64,000 nucleotides of DNA from an uncultured Nitrososphaerota archaeon (GTDB lineage: Archaea; Korarchaeota; Korarchaeia; Korarchaeales; Korarchaeaceae), in contig CAZUBM010000001.1 in NCBI GenBank assembly GCA_964618805.1, forward strand, positions 96,001 through 160,000. Reading direction: 5' to 3'. The notes beneath the pieces were generated by a model. It was given only the letters and a program-made list of their open reading frames with translations, did no database searches and was not told the DNA's origin. Position numbers and translations under genes: made by a program. This document shows positions 39,438-49,936 of the stretch, piece by piece. How positions within the stretch are numbered: position 1 is the first letter of the stretch; each line of letters starts with the position of its first letter.

Positions 39438-40709
39438 TCAAATATTGAGAAGGGACAAAAACGGGAATTTTCTTAAAGATCTGGCTTTTTGCCATGCTTT
39501 CAGTTCTTCTTCCGAGAAAGAGAGCTTTTCAATAAGATACATTGGAAGACAATAGTCTGTGAGCACAACCTCCTTTTTCTTCATTTCTGCAGCAAAGGAC
39601 GCAGCTTTCGAGCCTCCTTTCTTCAAACCTTCTTCATATGCAGCCATAACTTCTGATTTGTAGTATCCAACTATGCCTTCCCCTTGTAGTTGAGGGAATA
39701 GTGTGGGGAATATTCCGGCATTCGAAATAGATGTAAATGTCCTTACCCATAGTTCCTCGGCCCAAACCTCCCTATCAAGGAACTCCTTCCTATCTTTTTC
39801 ATTCATAAGGACGTTTCTACGAACGAAATTAAACGAAATCACCGCAGCTCCTAGATAAGGATTGGCCAAATAAAGAAGGCGATAGAAATCGTTCAAGTTT
39901 GGAGCATTCTTTGCTTTCTCAAGCCCTTCTTCACCTATCTTCAACAACGTAGGACCTGTAATGACCAAAGCCCCTATTTGGTCCCTTTCGATCAATTCAT
40001 CGATGAACTTGTTGCGGAATTTCATTGGATCAAAATTCCCTATGTTTTGAACTACCCATTTGAGGAAGTAGCTCGAATCTTGCCTTGAAACGAGTCCTCT
40101 CTCCCATACCTCTCCTAAGCTGATGAGTGTGGAAAGAACTAAGAGATAGTCTATGAAGTATTGATTGGGAAGTGTAAAGCGATCAATTAGTCCATATAGC
40201 TCCTGAGAGAAGTTAATTGAGAATTTTCGGACTTTTTCGAGCAAGTCCATAGTCTTATCTCGCGTCAAGTACTCTTTCATCATCCTTGCAAGCCCTTGAC
40301 GTAAGACCCCCGTATAGGTATGTTCGAAAAGACTCCTTATGACTCCTATCACGGTATCCAAATTTAGAACCCGATAAAGGTCAGGATCCTTTCCCTTCAG
40401 CTCTGACGATAGTTTCAGTAGTCTTGAGAAAAGCCTTCTATCTTTAGGATCATACTTAATGGCAATCCTTTCCCTTCTTCCATCAGGTCTACTTAGCAAA
40501 GCATATTCTTCGTGCTCCAAGAAAGATTCTTGAGATGATCTAAAGTCAGTTTCAGGGACCGGCTTATATCCCTTAGAAATGTAATTCAACACTCGCTCGG
40601 TTTTTTGTAACAACTTCTCAGCGTCCTCTGGTGTTAGGATCATCAAGCAACGGCAAACTCTTGCTATTTCATCGCGCAGTTCGACGATATGAGGAGGCAT
40701 CACATGCAC
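39438..40709 (-). CDS. Hypothetical protein, 423 aa, unrecognised
   Basis: Long clean ORF starting 4 bp after 40714-41214. Confidence 0.75.
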   Translation of the reverse strand: MHVMPPHIVELRDEIARVCRCLMILTPEDAEKLLQKTERVLNYISKGYKPVPETDFRSSQESFLEHEEYALLSRPDGRRERIAIKYDPKDRRLFSRLLKLSSELKGKDPDLYRVLNLDTVIGVIRSLFEHTYTGVLRQGLARMMKEYLTRDKTMDLLEKVRKFSINFSQELYGLIDRFTLPNQYFIDYLLVLSTLISLGEVWERGLVSRQDSSYFLKWVVQNIGNFDPMKFRNKFIDELIERDQIGALVITGPTLLKIGEEGLEKAKNAPNLNDFYRLLYLANPYLGAAVISFNFVRRNVLMNEKDRKEFLDREVWAEELWVRTFTSISNAGIFPTLFPQLQGEGIVGYYKSEVMAAYEEGLKKGGSKAASFAAEMKKKEVVLTDYCLPMYLIEKLSFSEEELKAWQKARSLRKFPFLSLLNI

Positions 40710-40713
40710 AGCA

Positions 40714-41214
40714 TTATTTACCTCCGCTTGTGAATACGATAGTCAGAGCCCCTGCTATTCTTTCAGCACGGTCTTTTGCTTTGTCCTCCGGAAAATTATG
40801 AGACTTCAAGGCATTAAAAACCATCTTTGTGCCTTCTTCTATGGCTTCTTTGAGGTCTGCTTCAGATGACCCCTTAACGACCACAACAACGGAGTTCATC
40901 AACTGGTGAAGTTCTTCCTGCTGCTCAACAGAATCTGTCTTGAGAGCCTTCTGGGTGAAATCTGAGAGCTCTTCGAGGGTCTTTTCAACTAAATGTTCAA
41001 ACAACTTCTCCTTTAACGCATTAACGAACCCAGACAAAAAAGAGCCTATCAAGAGCCCAGAAAAAGTGATGAGCAGTTCAGATCCCACATGATAGCGAAC
41101 ATCTTCTTCAACCCTGATGAGAGGCAAATCTGCTGCTATCACGTCAGATACGTCGAGATAGGCTCTTTGTGTCTCTTCAAGAGAGATCTGATCTTCACTA
41201 ACAGAAGGATTCAT
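40714..41214 (-). CDS. Hypothetical protein with one hydrophobic/amphipathic segment
   Basis: 166 aa; LLITFSGLLIGSFLSGFVNAL. Confidence 0.72.
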   Translation of the reverse strand: MNPSVSEDQISLEETQRAYLDVSDVIAADLPLIRVEEDVRYHVGSELLITFSGLLIGSFLSGFVNALKEKLFEHLVEKTLEELSDFTQKALKTDSVEQQEELHQLMNSVVVVVKGSSEADLKEAIEEGTKMVFNALKSHNFPEDKAKDRAERIAGALTIVFTSGGK

Positions 41215-41405
41215 TACGTTAATGTCTAGATCATATTAAAAAACAATCTCATATTGCCTGATGTTCCCTAACTTTTGCGCAAGAGATGTCCATTATATGA
41301 TTGAAGATCGCTACCACCGCTTTTTAACTAGTTCTTTGACCACTCATCAATTTTCTTCAAGATGATTTCTCAGCCCATGAGAAATCATCATACGAGCTAA
41401 GGGCT

Positions 41406-42308
41406 TTACAACAGGTCCCTTTCAAGCTGAACGTACTCGGCTTCTATCTTTCCTCCAGACTTAAGGTATAACACGGCTCCTGGCGCTAAGTGATCGAGAT
41501 AAGCCAACGTGTAGACCGTAAGCCTCTCTAACCCGAACTCTAGAGCTTTTCTTAATGCTGCCTTCATTAGCTCCCACCCAACACCTTTAAGCCTGTGGTC
41601 TGGCAGTACCATGACCCCGAAGAACGTGCCCTCACGACCCTTAACATGAAATCCAGTGAGCCCAACCACCCTTCCGTCTTTCCTTGCAACAAGCCACAAA
41701 AGGCCCCCTGAAGGCTCAAACCAGGATCTTGAAATTTCCTTAAGCCTCTCTACTCCCCCATAGTCCTCTATCCACCAATCCCAATAGGGCCTCAAGCTCT
41801 CTACGAAGACGTTTGGTAGCGTGTCGAGGTCTCCAGGCCTTAGTTCACCCACTTGAGCTATGTCCTCTGCAGGAGGTCCTATTTCTACCCGCTCAGGCTC
41901 CCAAAAGATCCGAAGTATTCTCCTTACGGGTTTGAAGCCGTGCCTTTTGTAGGCAGATACGTAGTACTCCATTGAGTGGGTGTGAGCCCTGACAAGCCTG
42001 GCTCCCTTCTCAGACAACCACTCAAGGGCCTTATCTATTAGTATGTCCTCCACGCCTAATCCCCAAAGCTCCTTAAGGACAGCAAGATCCCAGAGTTCAT
42101 ATCGATCCTTCTCGAGCAAACCCTTTATCCATATGCATCCAGCTGGCTTCCCATCAACTTTGGCTAAGAGAAGTCTGCTAGGATCGAAATGAAGGGATTC
42201 CGTAATAGCCCTCAGATCCTCAAGTGTTCTCCTCTCCAGCCTTCCGAAGCACTGCTTAAGAATGCTGTGCCATAATTCAGCTTCTCTACAACCTTTTACC
42301 TTAATCAT
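41406..42308 (-). CDS. Tandem-domain GNAT acetyltransferase
   Basis: AVLKELWGLGV and VLPDHRLKGVG acetyl-CoA motifs. Confidence 0.88.
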   Translation of the reverse strand: MIKVKGCREAELWHSILKQCFGRLERRTLEDLRAITESLHFDPSRLLLAKVDGKPAGCIWIKGLLEKDRYELWDLAVLKELWGLGVEDILIDKALEWLSEKGARLVRAHTHSMEYYVSAYKRHGFKPVRRILRIFWEPERVEIGPPAEDIAQVGELRPGDLDTLPNVFVESLRPYWDWWIEDYGGVERLKEISRSWFEPSGGLLWLVARKDGRVVGLTGFHVKGREGTFFGVMVLPDHRLKGVGWELMKAALRKALEFGLERLTVYTLAYLDHLAPGAVLYLKSGGKIEAEYVQLERDLL

Positions 42309-42378
42309 ATGAAATCAGGATTAGAACCAATTTTTTGCTTTTAATTCCTGATTCGCATACGCCTGCTCGCTAGTTATT

Positions 42379-43560
42379 ATGTTTAAAAACAAAGATATAA
42401 AACGAAAACGCTTGAAATCATTTCAGAACTCTTCAATTTCAGAAGTAGGTGAAGAGAAATTGGTTCTTGATCGATTAGTTCCGAGTGTCGATAAGCATGA
42501 GATTGACACTCCTGCCTTGCTTCTGGATCTGAAACTCCTTGAGCACAACATCAAGGTCATGTCTGACTTCATATCGGGGGTGAAAGCAGAACTCAGGCCT
42601 CATGTTAAGGCTCACAGAACGCCCATGATAGCTCATAAGCAGATAGAAGCTGGAGCTAAAGGCATTACATGCGCAAAGGTAAGCGAAGCCGAAGTTATGG
42701 TTGAGTCGGGCATAGAGGACGTTTTCATCGCCAACCAAATCGTTGGAGTGAAGAAGATAGCAAGATTGATTAGCCTTGCCAAGAAAGGCAGAGTTTCGGT
42801 GGCTGTTGATAGCATAAAGAATGCTAAGAGCATTTCCAGACTCGCATCCGAGAAAGGGTTAAGGATTGAGGTTCTGATAGAGGTCGACATCGGAACTCAT
42901 AGATGCGGTCTAGAGCCAGGAAAGCCCGTTCTTGAGTTTGCAAGAGAAATTCAAAACCTTGATGGCATAAGATTGAAAGGATTGATGGGATATGAGGGCT
43001 TTGCTGGTTCAATCGTCGACTTTGAGGAGAGGAAGAGTGCTTGCACAAAGGCTTTGGAATCAATTATGGAGTCAAGGGATCTACTCGAAGATTCTGGGAT
43101 AGATGTTGAGGTAGTAAGCTTGGGAAGCACTGGAACCTATAAAATTAGCGGAAGCTATCCCGGGGTGACTGAGATCAGAGCGGGCTCGTACGTGCTCTCG
43201 AGCGCAAAACATAAGAGGATAGTCCCCGAGTTTGAAGTAGCCTTTACTCTTCTCTCAACAGTGATAAGTAGGCCTTCAGAAGATAGAGCTATCATAGATG
43301 CTGGAAGAAATGCCATAAGCTACGACCAAGGACTTCCATTAGTGAAAGGACTAGAAGGAGTTAAACTCGTTAAGCTGTACGATGAGCACGGAGTGCTGGA
43401 AATCAAGAACAAGGGCGTTAAACTGGAAGTTGGTGACAAAGTAGATCTCATCCCGACCCATCCCTGCACAACGGTCGCGTTGCATGAGAAGATGTTTTGT
43501 GTGGATGAAGGGGTACTAGAGGATGTCTGGGACATATCTACAAGGGGAAAGTTCTTCTAG
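42379..43560 (+). CDS. DSD1-family PLP enzyme (D-serine dehydratase / D-threonine aldolase-like)
   Basis: DTPALLLD, RPHVKAH, MGYEG, EIRAGSY, DEHG, PTHPC. Confidence 0.92.
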   Translation: MFKNKDIKRKRLKSFQNSSISEVGEEKLVLDRLVPSVDKHEIDTPALLLDLKLLEHNIKVMSDFISGVKAELRPHVKAHRTPMIAHKQIEAGAKGITCAKVSEAEVMVESGIEDVFIANQIVGVKKIARLISLAKKGRVSVAVDSIKNAKSISRLASEKGLRIEVLIEVDIGTHRCGLEPGKPVLEFAREIQNLDGIRLKGLMGYEGFAGSIVDFEERKSACTKALESIMESRDLLEDSGIDVEVVSLGSTGTYKISGSYPGVTEIRAGSYVLSSAKHKRIVPEFEVAFTLLSTVISRPSEDRAIIDAGRNAISYDQGLPLVKGLEGVKLVKLYDEHGVLEIKNKGVKLEVGDKVDLIPTHPCTTVALHEKMFCVDEGVLEDVWDISTRGKFF

Positions 43561-43615
43561 ACTAAAGAGGAATTGATCTGAGGACATACATAGAGAAAAA
43601 GGGAGAAAGAAGGCC

Positions 43616-44378
43616 CTATGGAAGGGACCAAGAAACGAGCTGTATGAGTATTTCCGTTTCGCTATCGCGATAGAAGCCTTTGATTACATACCCGTTTAGC
43701 GGGCCTTCCTCAGCAGAAAACCAGTAACGAGCTGGTTCAGGAAGATCTGAAGCCACTAAGTCGTATACATTGCATTTAAACGTGCCAGCAGGAACCGTTA
43801 TTGTTTCCTGACCTCTGTCAATTGTTTCAACATATTCAGATGTTTCGCGGGCACATAGACTTGGAAACTGCTCAAAAGATACATTTTGTTTATGAGACGG
43901 ACCTTGTGGCACCTCTATTTGAACGTATGCCTCGATAAAATCAAGATCGTCCTTTGTGTAGTAACCTACGAAAGTTGCTTTGGCAAGGCTAAGACCCGTA
44001 ATGGGATTCATCTCTACCGTAAGAGCGTACTTGTCTCCCAAATCCTCTGCCCAGTAAGTGTATCTAACTACAATGGTCTCAGTGCTCCCGTTTTCGAAGA
44101 ACCTCTTTATGGTTACTTCATACTCGGTTTTTAAGCCAGAAATTACCATTCTTTCCATCTTCAGAAGCTCACAGCACTTTATTTCTTTCTCTGTTTGCGG
44201 AGCTTCCGTTGGAGTCGGAGTTGGCGAGGGCGATGGTGTTGGCGAAGAAGTAGTTCCTGGCTCAGCTCCCGGAGAGGGGACAGCTTCCCCTCCAAGACCT
44301 CCTTTTATGAGGAAAATATGCACCAACCACTCCTCCAATTATAACCACAAGGAGGATCAGAGCAAACAGCTTTCCCAT
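43616..44378 (-). pseudogene. Membrane-anchored protein with Pro/Thr linker; +1 frameshift after the N-terminal anchor
   Basis: ATG at 44378 gives MGKLFALILLVVIIGGVVGAYF; an extra T near 44315 puts the rest (SPTPSPSPTPTPT, ETITVPAGTFKC) out of frame. Confidence 0.7.
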
Positions 44379-44694
44379 GCCTTTCAACTTACCCTTATTT
44401 GGATGAGGGGAAACCTATTTCCCGCTAAAAAGTTTCACGCTTGACGCGAAATTTTTCGTGACGCGCTGTATTTTTCATTCACAGACTTTGGTATAGCGAA
44501 TTTAACTGATGTGGAAGGGTAAACTCTCCTTCTATACTTAAATCTTGAGAAAGTTTTTAAAGGAGTAAGAAAGGCACATGTTCAGTGATAGAAGTGAGGG
44601 TTTTCGTTCCACATACCTGAATTCCTCTTTTTTGTGAATTATCAGTCAGAAAACTCTGTTTCACACACTCATCTTAGAAATAAAAGACAAGGGA

Positions 44695-46146
44695 GTGGTG
44701 AAAATGTCTGATTTAGGTGTTACTGTCAAGAAGTCGGAAAACTTCTCTGAATGGTACACTCAAGTGGTTTTGAAATCAGAGCTGGCAGATTATGCACCTA
44801 CAAAGGGCTGTATAATCTTCAGAGAATACTCCTATGCTATATGGGAGAAAATACGGCAAGTGATGGACAGAAGAATTAAAGAAAAGGGACATAAAAACGC
44901 ATATTTCCCCCTTTTTATCCCCGAAAGCCTCCTAAAGAAAGAAGCAGAGCACTTTGAAGGTTTTGTTCCCGAATGCGCATGGGTCACGATAGGAGGAGAC
45001 AGGAAGTTAGAGGAAAGACTTGCAATAAGGCCCACATCCGAAACAATCATCTATTCTATGTACGCAAAGTGGATTAGAAGCTGGAGGGACCTTCCTGTAA
45101 AACTAAATCAGTGGTGCAACATCGTAAGATGGGAAACAAAGGCAACAAAGCCTTTCATTAGGACTAGGGAATTCCTCTGGCAAGAAGGACACACTGCCCA
45201 TGCCACTAAGGAGGAGGCGGATCAGGAGGTAATGGAGATACTCGAAATGTACAAGGATCTAATGGAAAATTATCTTGCAATCCCTGTTCTAGCTGGAAGG
45301 AAAAGTGAGAGGGAGAAATTTGCAGGAGCTCTCTATACGACAACCTTAGAAGCCCTGATGCCCGACGGAAAGGCCTTACAAATGGGGACTTCCCACAACT
45401 TGGGGCAGAATTTCGCGAAGGTCTTTGAAATAAAGTTCGTCGGGAGGGATGAAAAGGAGCATTACGTCTGGCAGACCTCATGGGGGATATCGACGAGGCT
45501 TATAGGAGCGGTGGTTATGGTTCATGGAGACGATAGAGGATTGGTCCTCCCTCCCAGAATAGCTCCAATACAAGTAGTCATAATTCCTATATTTTACAAG
45601 GAAGTTGAAAGGAAAGAAATCCTGAAGAAAGCTAGAGAAATTCTTGAAAACTTGCAGAAGAACGGGATAAGTGCTCTGCTTGACGACAGAACGGAGTACA
45701 CTCCTGGGTGGAAGTTCAATCACTGGGAGCTTAAAGGAGTCCCGCTGAGGATAGAAATAGGTCCGAAAGACTTGGAAAAGGGAGAGATAACCTTGGCCAG
45801 GAGGGATACTTTCGAGAGAATTGTTGTAAAGGATGAGAAGGTGCTTGAAGAGGTTAATCAGATTCTTGAAGATATTCAGGAAAACCTATTCAAGAGGGCA
45901 AAGGAGTTCTTAGAGACGCACATAACAGAGGTGAAGAGCTATGAGGAATTTAAAGAGGTGCTAAGAACAAAGGGAGGCTTTATCAAAGCGTGCTGGTGCT
46001 TAAGCTCTGAGTGCGAGGAGAAGATAAAGGAGGAAACAGGTGCAACAATAAGGCTAATTCCATTTGAAAAGGAAAAGCCGTTTTCAAACTGCATTTATTG
46101 CGGTAAAGAGGCAAAGGAAGTAGTTTATTTTGCCAAGGCATATTGA
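44695..46146 (+). CDS. proS: Prolyl-tRNA synthetase, archaeal/eukaryotic type
   Basis: FSEWY, RPTSET, RTREFLWQEGH, SWGISTR, C-terminal AKAY. Confidence 0.98.
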   Translation: MVKMSDLGVTVKKSENFSEWYTQVVLKSELADYAPTKGCIIFREYSYAIWEKIRQVMDRRIKEKGHKNAYFPLFIPESLLKKEAEHFEGFVPECAWVTIGGDRKLEERLAIRPTSETIIYSMYAKWIRSWRDLPVKLNQWCNIVRWETKATKPFIRTREFLWQEGHTAHATKEEADQEVMEILEMYKDLMENYLAIPVLAGRKSEREKFAGALYTTTLEALMPDGKALQMGTSHNLGQNFAKVFEIKFVGRDEKEHYVWQTSWGISTRLIGAVVMVHGDDRGLVLPPRIAPIQVVIIPIFYKEVERKEILKKAREILENLQKNGISALLDDRTEYTPGWKFNHWELKGVPLRIEIGPKDLEKGEITLARRDTFERIVVKDEKVLEEVNQILEDIQENLFKRAKEFLETHITEVKSYEEFKEVLRTKGGFIKACWCLSSECEEKIKEETGATIRLIPFEKEKPFSNCIYCGKEAKEVVYFAKAY

Positions 46147-46179
46147 TGTGCAAAACCTGTAATTCATCCATTCTTGCCC

Positions 46180-47457
46180 TTAAGCAGATTCTTTGATCAT
46201 GCTGGCTGCTATTAGAGATAAGAAGGTTAGAGGAAGAGCTAGAAGGAATGGAGCACGCCAACCAAAATGTCTGAATAGAAATCCGCCCAGGAATGGGAAT
46301 GGTAGGCCAATTAAGGAACTTAAGAAATCTATTTTTGTCATCTCAGTGACTCTGCTCTTCATTGGGATTCTCTCTGCAAGTAAAGCGCTGTAGGGAGAGG
46401 ACCACGTTGCTATTATTCCTGAAATCAAAATAGGATAGTATATCCTTATAGCGTTAGGATCAGGGAGCAAAACAAATGCAAGCAAGGTTAAGATTCCAAA
46501 AGCTTCGCTTACTACTAGAAGCTCCCTCCGCCCTATCCTATCCGAAAGCCATCCAGCGAGAGGACCCATTGTAGCACTTAGGGCGTTTCTAAGGGAACTA
46601 AGAGTTCCTAGATAGGAAGATGTAACTTGAAACGCATCTACCATGAACATGAAAAGGACTCCCCTCATCCATATTCCATATGATATCGAGTCTATTGATT
46701 TTAGCAAATAGATGTCCTTTAGATCCTTATTTGGCTTTAATAGTTCTCTTAGAGAGTTCTTTAACTCCAAGGACTCTTGCTCAAACTTATAGGTCTCCCT
46801 TATTATGATCCAAGCTGTGACTATTCCTATAGCTGCTGTCCCAGCAGCTATCCAGATTACTGCTCTCTCTCCAATAGATTCAGCAAGGACTCCAGCGATG
46901 TAAGGCAGGAAAAATCCGGGGATTGTCCAGCCAAGGGATAAGAGACTCATTACCAGAGCTCTGCTCTTTTTTAGCGTGGATTCTGCTCCGATCGTTGCCG
47001 AAAGGGGCCTGTATGTCCTAAAACTAATGGATCCTATGATTGAAGCAGGGATGAAATGAATCCAGTTAGTTGAGAGCGCATACATTGCCCTGCTAAGCGA
47101 GGTTAGGACCATCGATGCTGTGAACATGATCTTTCTACCGAACTTGTCAGCTATCCTACCAAGGAAGAGACTCGATGGCAGGGCTACCAAGGTTGAGATG
47201 GACTGAATCATCCCCATTTTCTCGCTGTCTGCTCCCAGAGATGAAGCAAAAGTTGGTAAGACCGGTCTCTGAAGGTTCATAGAACAAGATCTGAGGAACC
47301 TGGCAAGGAAGAGACCAGCCACATTTCTTTTATCCATCTTTTCGGTTTCTTCTTCCGATGTAAGCTCATCCAAGTCCATATATTGTTTATCTTTCTCACC
47401 CATCTCCGCTTCTGGTATGGCTAGGATCATAAAAACCCGACTTTTAGAAGGATCCAA
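46180..47457 (-). CDS. MFS transporter
   Basis: GRIADKFGRK and GWLSDRIGRR. Confidence 0.9.
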   Translation of the reverse strand: MDPSKSRVFMILAIPEAEMGEKDKQYMDLDELTSEEETEKMDKRNVAGLFLARFLRSCSMNLQRPVLPTFASSLGADSEKMGMIQSISTLVALPSSLFLGRIADKFGRKIMFTASMVLTSLSRAMYALSTNWIHFIPASIIGSISFRTYRPLSATIGAESTLKKSRALVMSLLSLGWTIPGFFLPYIAGVLAESIGERAVIWIAAGTAAIGIVTAWIIIRETYKFEQESLELKNSLRELLKPNKDLKDIYLLKSIDSISYGIWMRGVLFMFMVDAFQVTSSYLGTLSSLRNALSATMGPLAGWLSDRIGRRELLVVSEAFGILTLLAFVLLPDPNAIRIYYPILISGIIATWSSPYSALLAERIPMKSRVTEMTKIDFLSSLIGLPFPFLGGFLFRHFGWRAPFLLALPLTFLSLIAASMIKESA

Positions 47458-47969
47458 TAACCCCTAAAAATAAAAGTATTGAGCCCTTCTAGCTATCATT
47501 TGTCATTTTTTTAAACGATAAAAGAGCTGCATAACTCAGAATTAGAACTGAGATCACGAGTAATTATAGGTAAATTCCCGCAAAAATACTTATTTTTCAG
47601 CCTTTGTCATCAAATAGAGGGGTTCTATGTTTCTAACTTTATTCCTTTTAGTTCATGCTTTTTGAGGACTCAGATGCTTTAGTTAGAGCATCTTAGTCCT
47701 AGATATTATGAAATTAAACAAGACAAGATCTTCGAATATGAGTTTTCTTCATCTAATTACGCTTGATAGATCTCCAATACTTCTCCACCTTACTAGCCTC
47801 TTCTCATCATATCTTGTCAGGTAATTTGCATGTCCTTCGAATGAGGTTATAAAATTTATTAGATTATCCCACTTGGAGGCTCCAAATGAGTACTTGGCAG
47901 GTATGGCTGATCATTTTGCTATCATTCTCAATAGGTTTAACTGTCAGCCAGTAATATTGCAGCCAGAGC

Positions 47970-48434
47970 TTGGATATGGACCCATTTTATATGAACAATA
48001 ATATTCTGAGGATGGTAAAGAGCTTGTTGCAAATCTATCAGTTCCCCACCATATTTTTGGCAGGGACTCATATCTGGGATGCGGAGGGTGGAGGAAAGCT
48101 AATGCGAGTTTTCCTTGGAATTAACGCCATCATAGGGAAAAGGGACGGATCCTTTATGAATCTGCGGTTTAGAAGTAAGGAGATGTATACTCGCATTCTT
48201 CCAAACGACTCAAACTTTCCAGCTCCTGTTGTTGGCGCAACTGTCTTTTCAATTGCCTCAATACCACTGCTTCCTCTTTTTTCCTTCTCTATAATAAGGT
48301 ACATTATGAGGAGAAAGAAAACTTACTTGGCAACTGCCTTGATATCGATCTTGATCCTTGTTTTGGTAGCATATGAAGCAATTCTTTTACAAAAAGTCAA
48401 CATGAAGATTCTCAAGCTTTTTGATGAGATTTGA
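47970..48434 (+). CDS. Hypothetical membrane protein (possibly a remnant)
   Basis: Two C-terminal TM segments; upstream signal-like peptide ends in a stop. Confidence 0.4.
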   Translation: MDMDPFYMNNNILRMVKSLLQIYQFPTIFLAGTHIWDAEGGGKLMRVFLGINAIIGKRDGSFMNLRFRSKEMYTRILPNDSNFPAPVVGATVFSIASIPLLPLFSFSIIRYIMRRKKTYLATALISILILVLVAYEAILLQKVNMKILKLFDEI

Positions 48435-48620
48435 TGTGGTAACAATGAAAGATCTAGGAAACAGGACTCTAAAGCAAGTTCTGCAAGCTGGCTGAACCTA
48501 TCACTCTCAAGCTTAGAAGGGGGCAGCTTTGTCCAATCCTCTTATCCTTTCACCTGCTGAACAGATATGACTCCTATTTTGCTCATTTGCCAAAAAGCTG
48601 CACAGTATTGAGGTTGAAAT

Positions 48621-49460
48621 CTATCTCCTGATGCCAGTGGCAACCACAACTTTTGCTCCTTCATACTTTTTGGATATGTATAGGGCAAGAGAAACAGCTG
48701 GGTCAAATTTAGAGTATTTTTTACATAGATCGGTTACTTCTTTCAAGCTAAGAGTTGAATCGATTCTTACGAAGGGAAATTTCAAAAACTCTTTTCTAAT
48801 GCTTTTTCCATCTCCGCCAAAAGTGTATATCGAGTTAAATATTTTCTTGTACTTCTCTTCTATTTCCTCTGTCAGTTTGATGAAAGGATGGTTTGGTAAA
48901 ACGCACGATATAATCATTGGAACTTTGTCAATTAACCCTTTGCTTTTTATCTCATGAAATCCATAGGCAACTCCTAGGGCAAGCGTGTGATTTGCGGAAG
49001 GTACAAAAACATAGTCTGGTTTTAGATTTTTCAATTCATAGCTTATGGCGATATCCCCACGCCATCTATCGACAAAACCAGGAGAGATGTTGATCAAACC
49101 TTGATTTTTAGCTATCTTATCAACAAGCATGTAAGATTCGTAATAATACTTTCCCTTTATGATTACTTTTGCCCCAAACCTCTTAATATTCTCTATTTTC
49201 TCTTTAGGCGTTATTTCTGGGACAAGAACAACTGCTTTTTCTTTCATCCAGCAGGCCAAGGAAATTCCCGCGTTACCACTCGAAATTATTATGTATCTCT
49301 TATCCCAGCCAAACTTATCCAGCAGATACAGAGTTTCTCTATCCTTGTGACTTCCTGAGGGATTCTCACACTCAAGCTTTAGAAAGCAAGATGCATGTTT
49401 ATCGTAAACCACTGGAGTCCGGCCAACTCCTCTCCTCAAATCATTCACCCATAGATGCAT
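48621..49460 (-). CDS. Fold-type II PLP enzyme (threonine synthase/dehydratase-like)
   Basis: GRTPV, LKLECENPSGSHKDR, SSGNAG, VVATG. Confidence 0.85.
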   Translation of the reverse strand: MHLWVNDLRRGVGRTPVVYDKHASCFLKLECENPSGSHKDRETLYLLDKFGWDKRYIIISSGNAGISLACWMKEKAVVLVPEITPKEKIENIKRFGAKVIIKGKYYYESYMLVDKIAKNQGLINISPGFVDRWRGDIAISYELKNLKPDYVFVPSANHTLALGVAYGFHEIKSKGLIDKVPMIISCVLPNHPFIKLTEEIEEKYKKIFNSIYTFGGDGKSIRKEFLKFPFVRIDSTLSLKEVTDLCKKYSKFDPAVSLALYISKKYEGAKVVVATGIRR

Positions 49461-49936
49461 CAGCTACTCCTAGTAAGCTTGGATGAAACCTTAAAGAACT
49501 TCATTAGATCGAAGTTTATCAAACCAATCTCGAGTCGAAAATAAGCATATAAGCATGTAGCACTTGATAGGAATACTAAAAAGCATAGCCCACCTTTATC
49601 GTTGAAAAAAGGTAAGCAAGATTGAAAGAATCAATTTAATGATGATGCATGAAGACCATGAATTCAAGAGCCAAAATTTCCGTCTTAGAGGCCAAGAAAA
49701 TTTGAAAAATACATCCGAGGGCAATCAGCTTAGAATTGGTTCGATTTAATCGAGCTCCTTTTCTCATTTATTGAAATATCATTAGGCCAGGCCATCCTAT
49801 GGGCTCTTCTAGGAATTCCATGTCAGATTCTGGTACTTTTAAGGTTTTTCCTCCCTACAGTAACCTCTTTTTCTTATATCGCCGTAGTTTTCATTTTATT
49901 TATTGTTTTGTTCTTACTTCAACTCTAAAATCTAAA

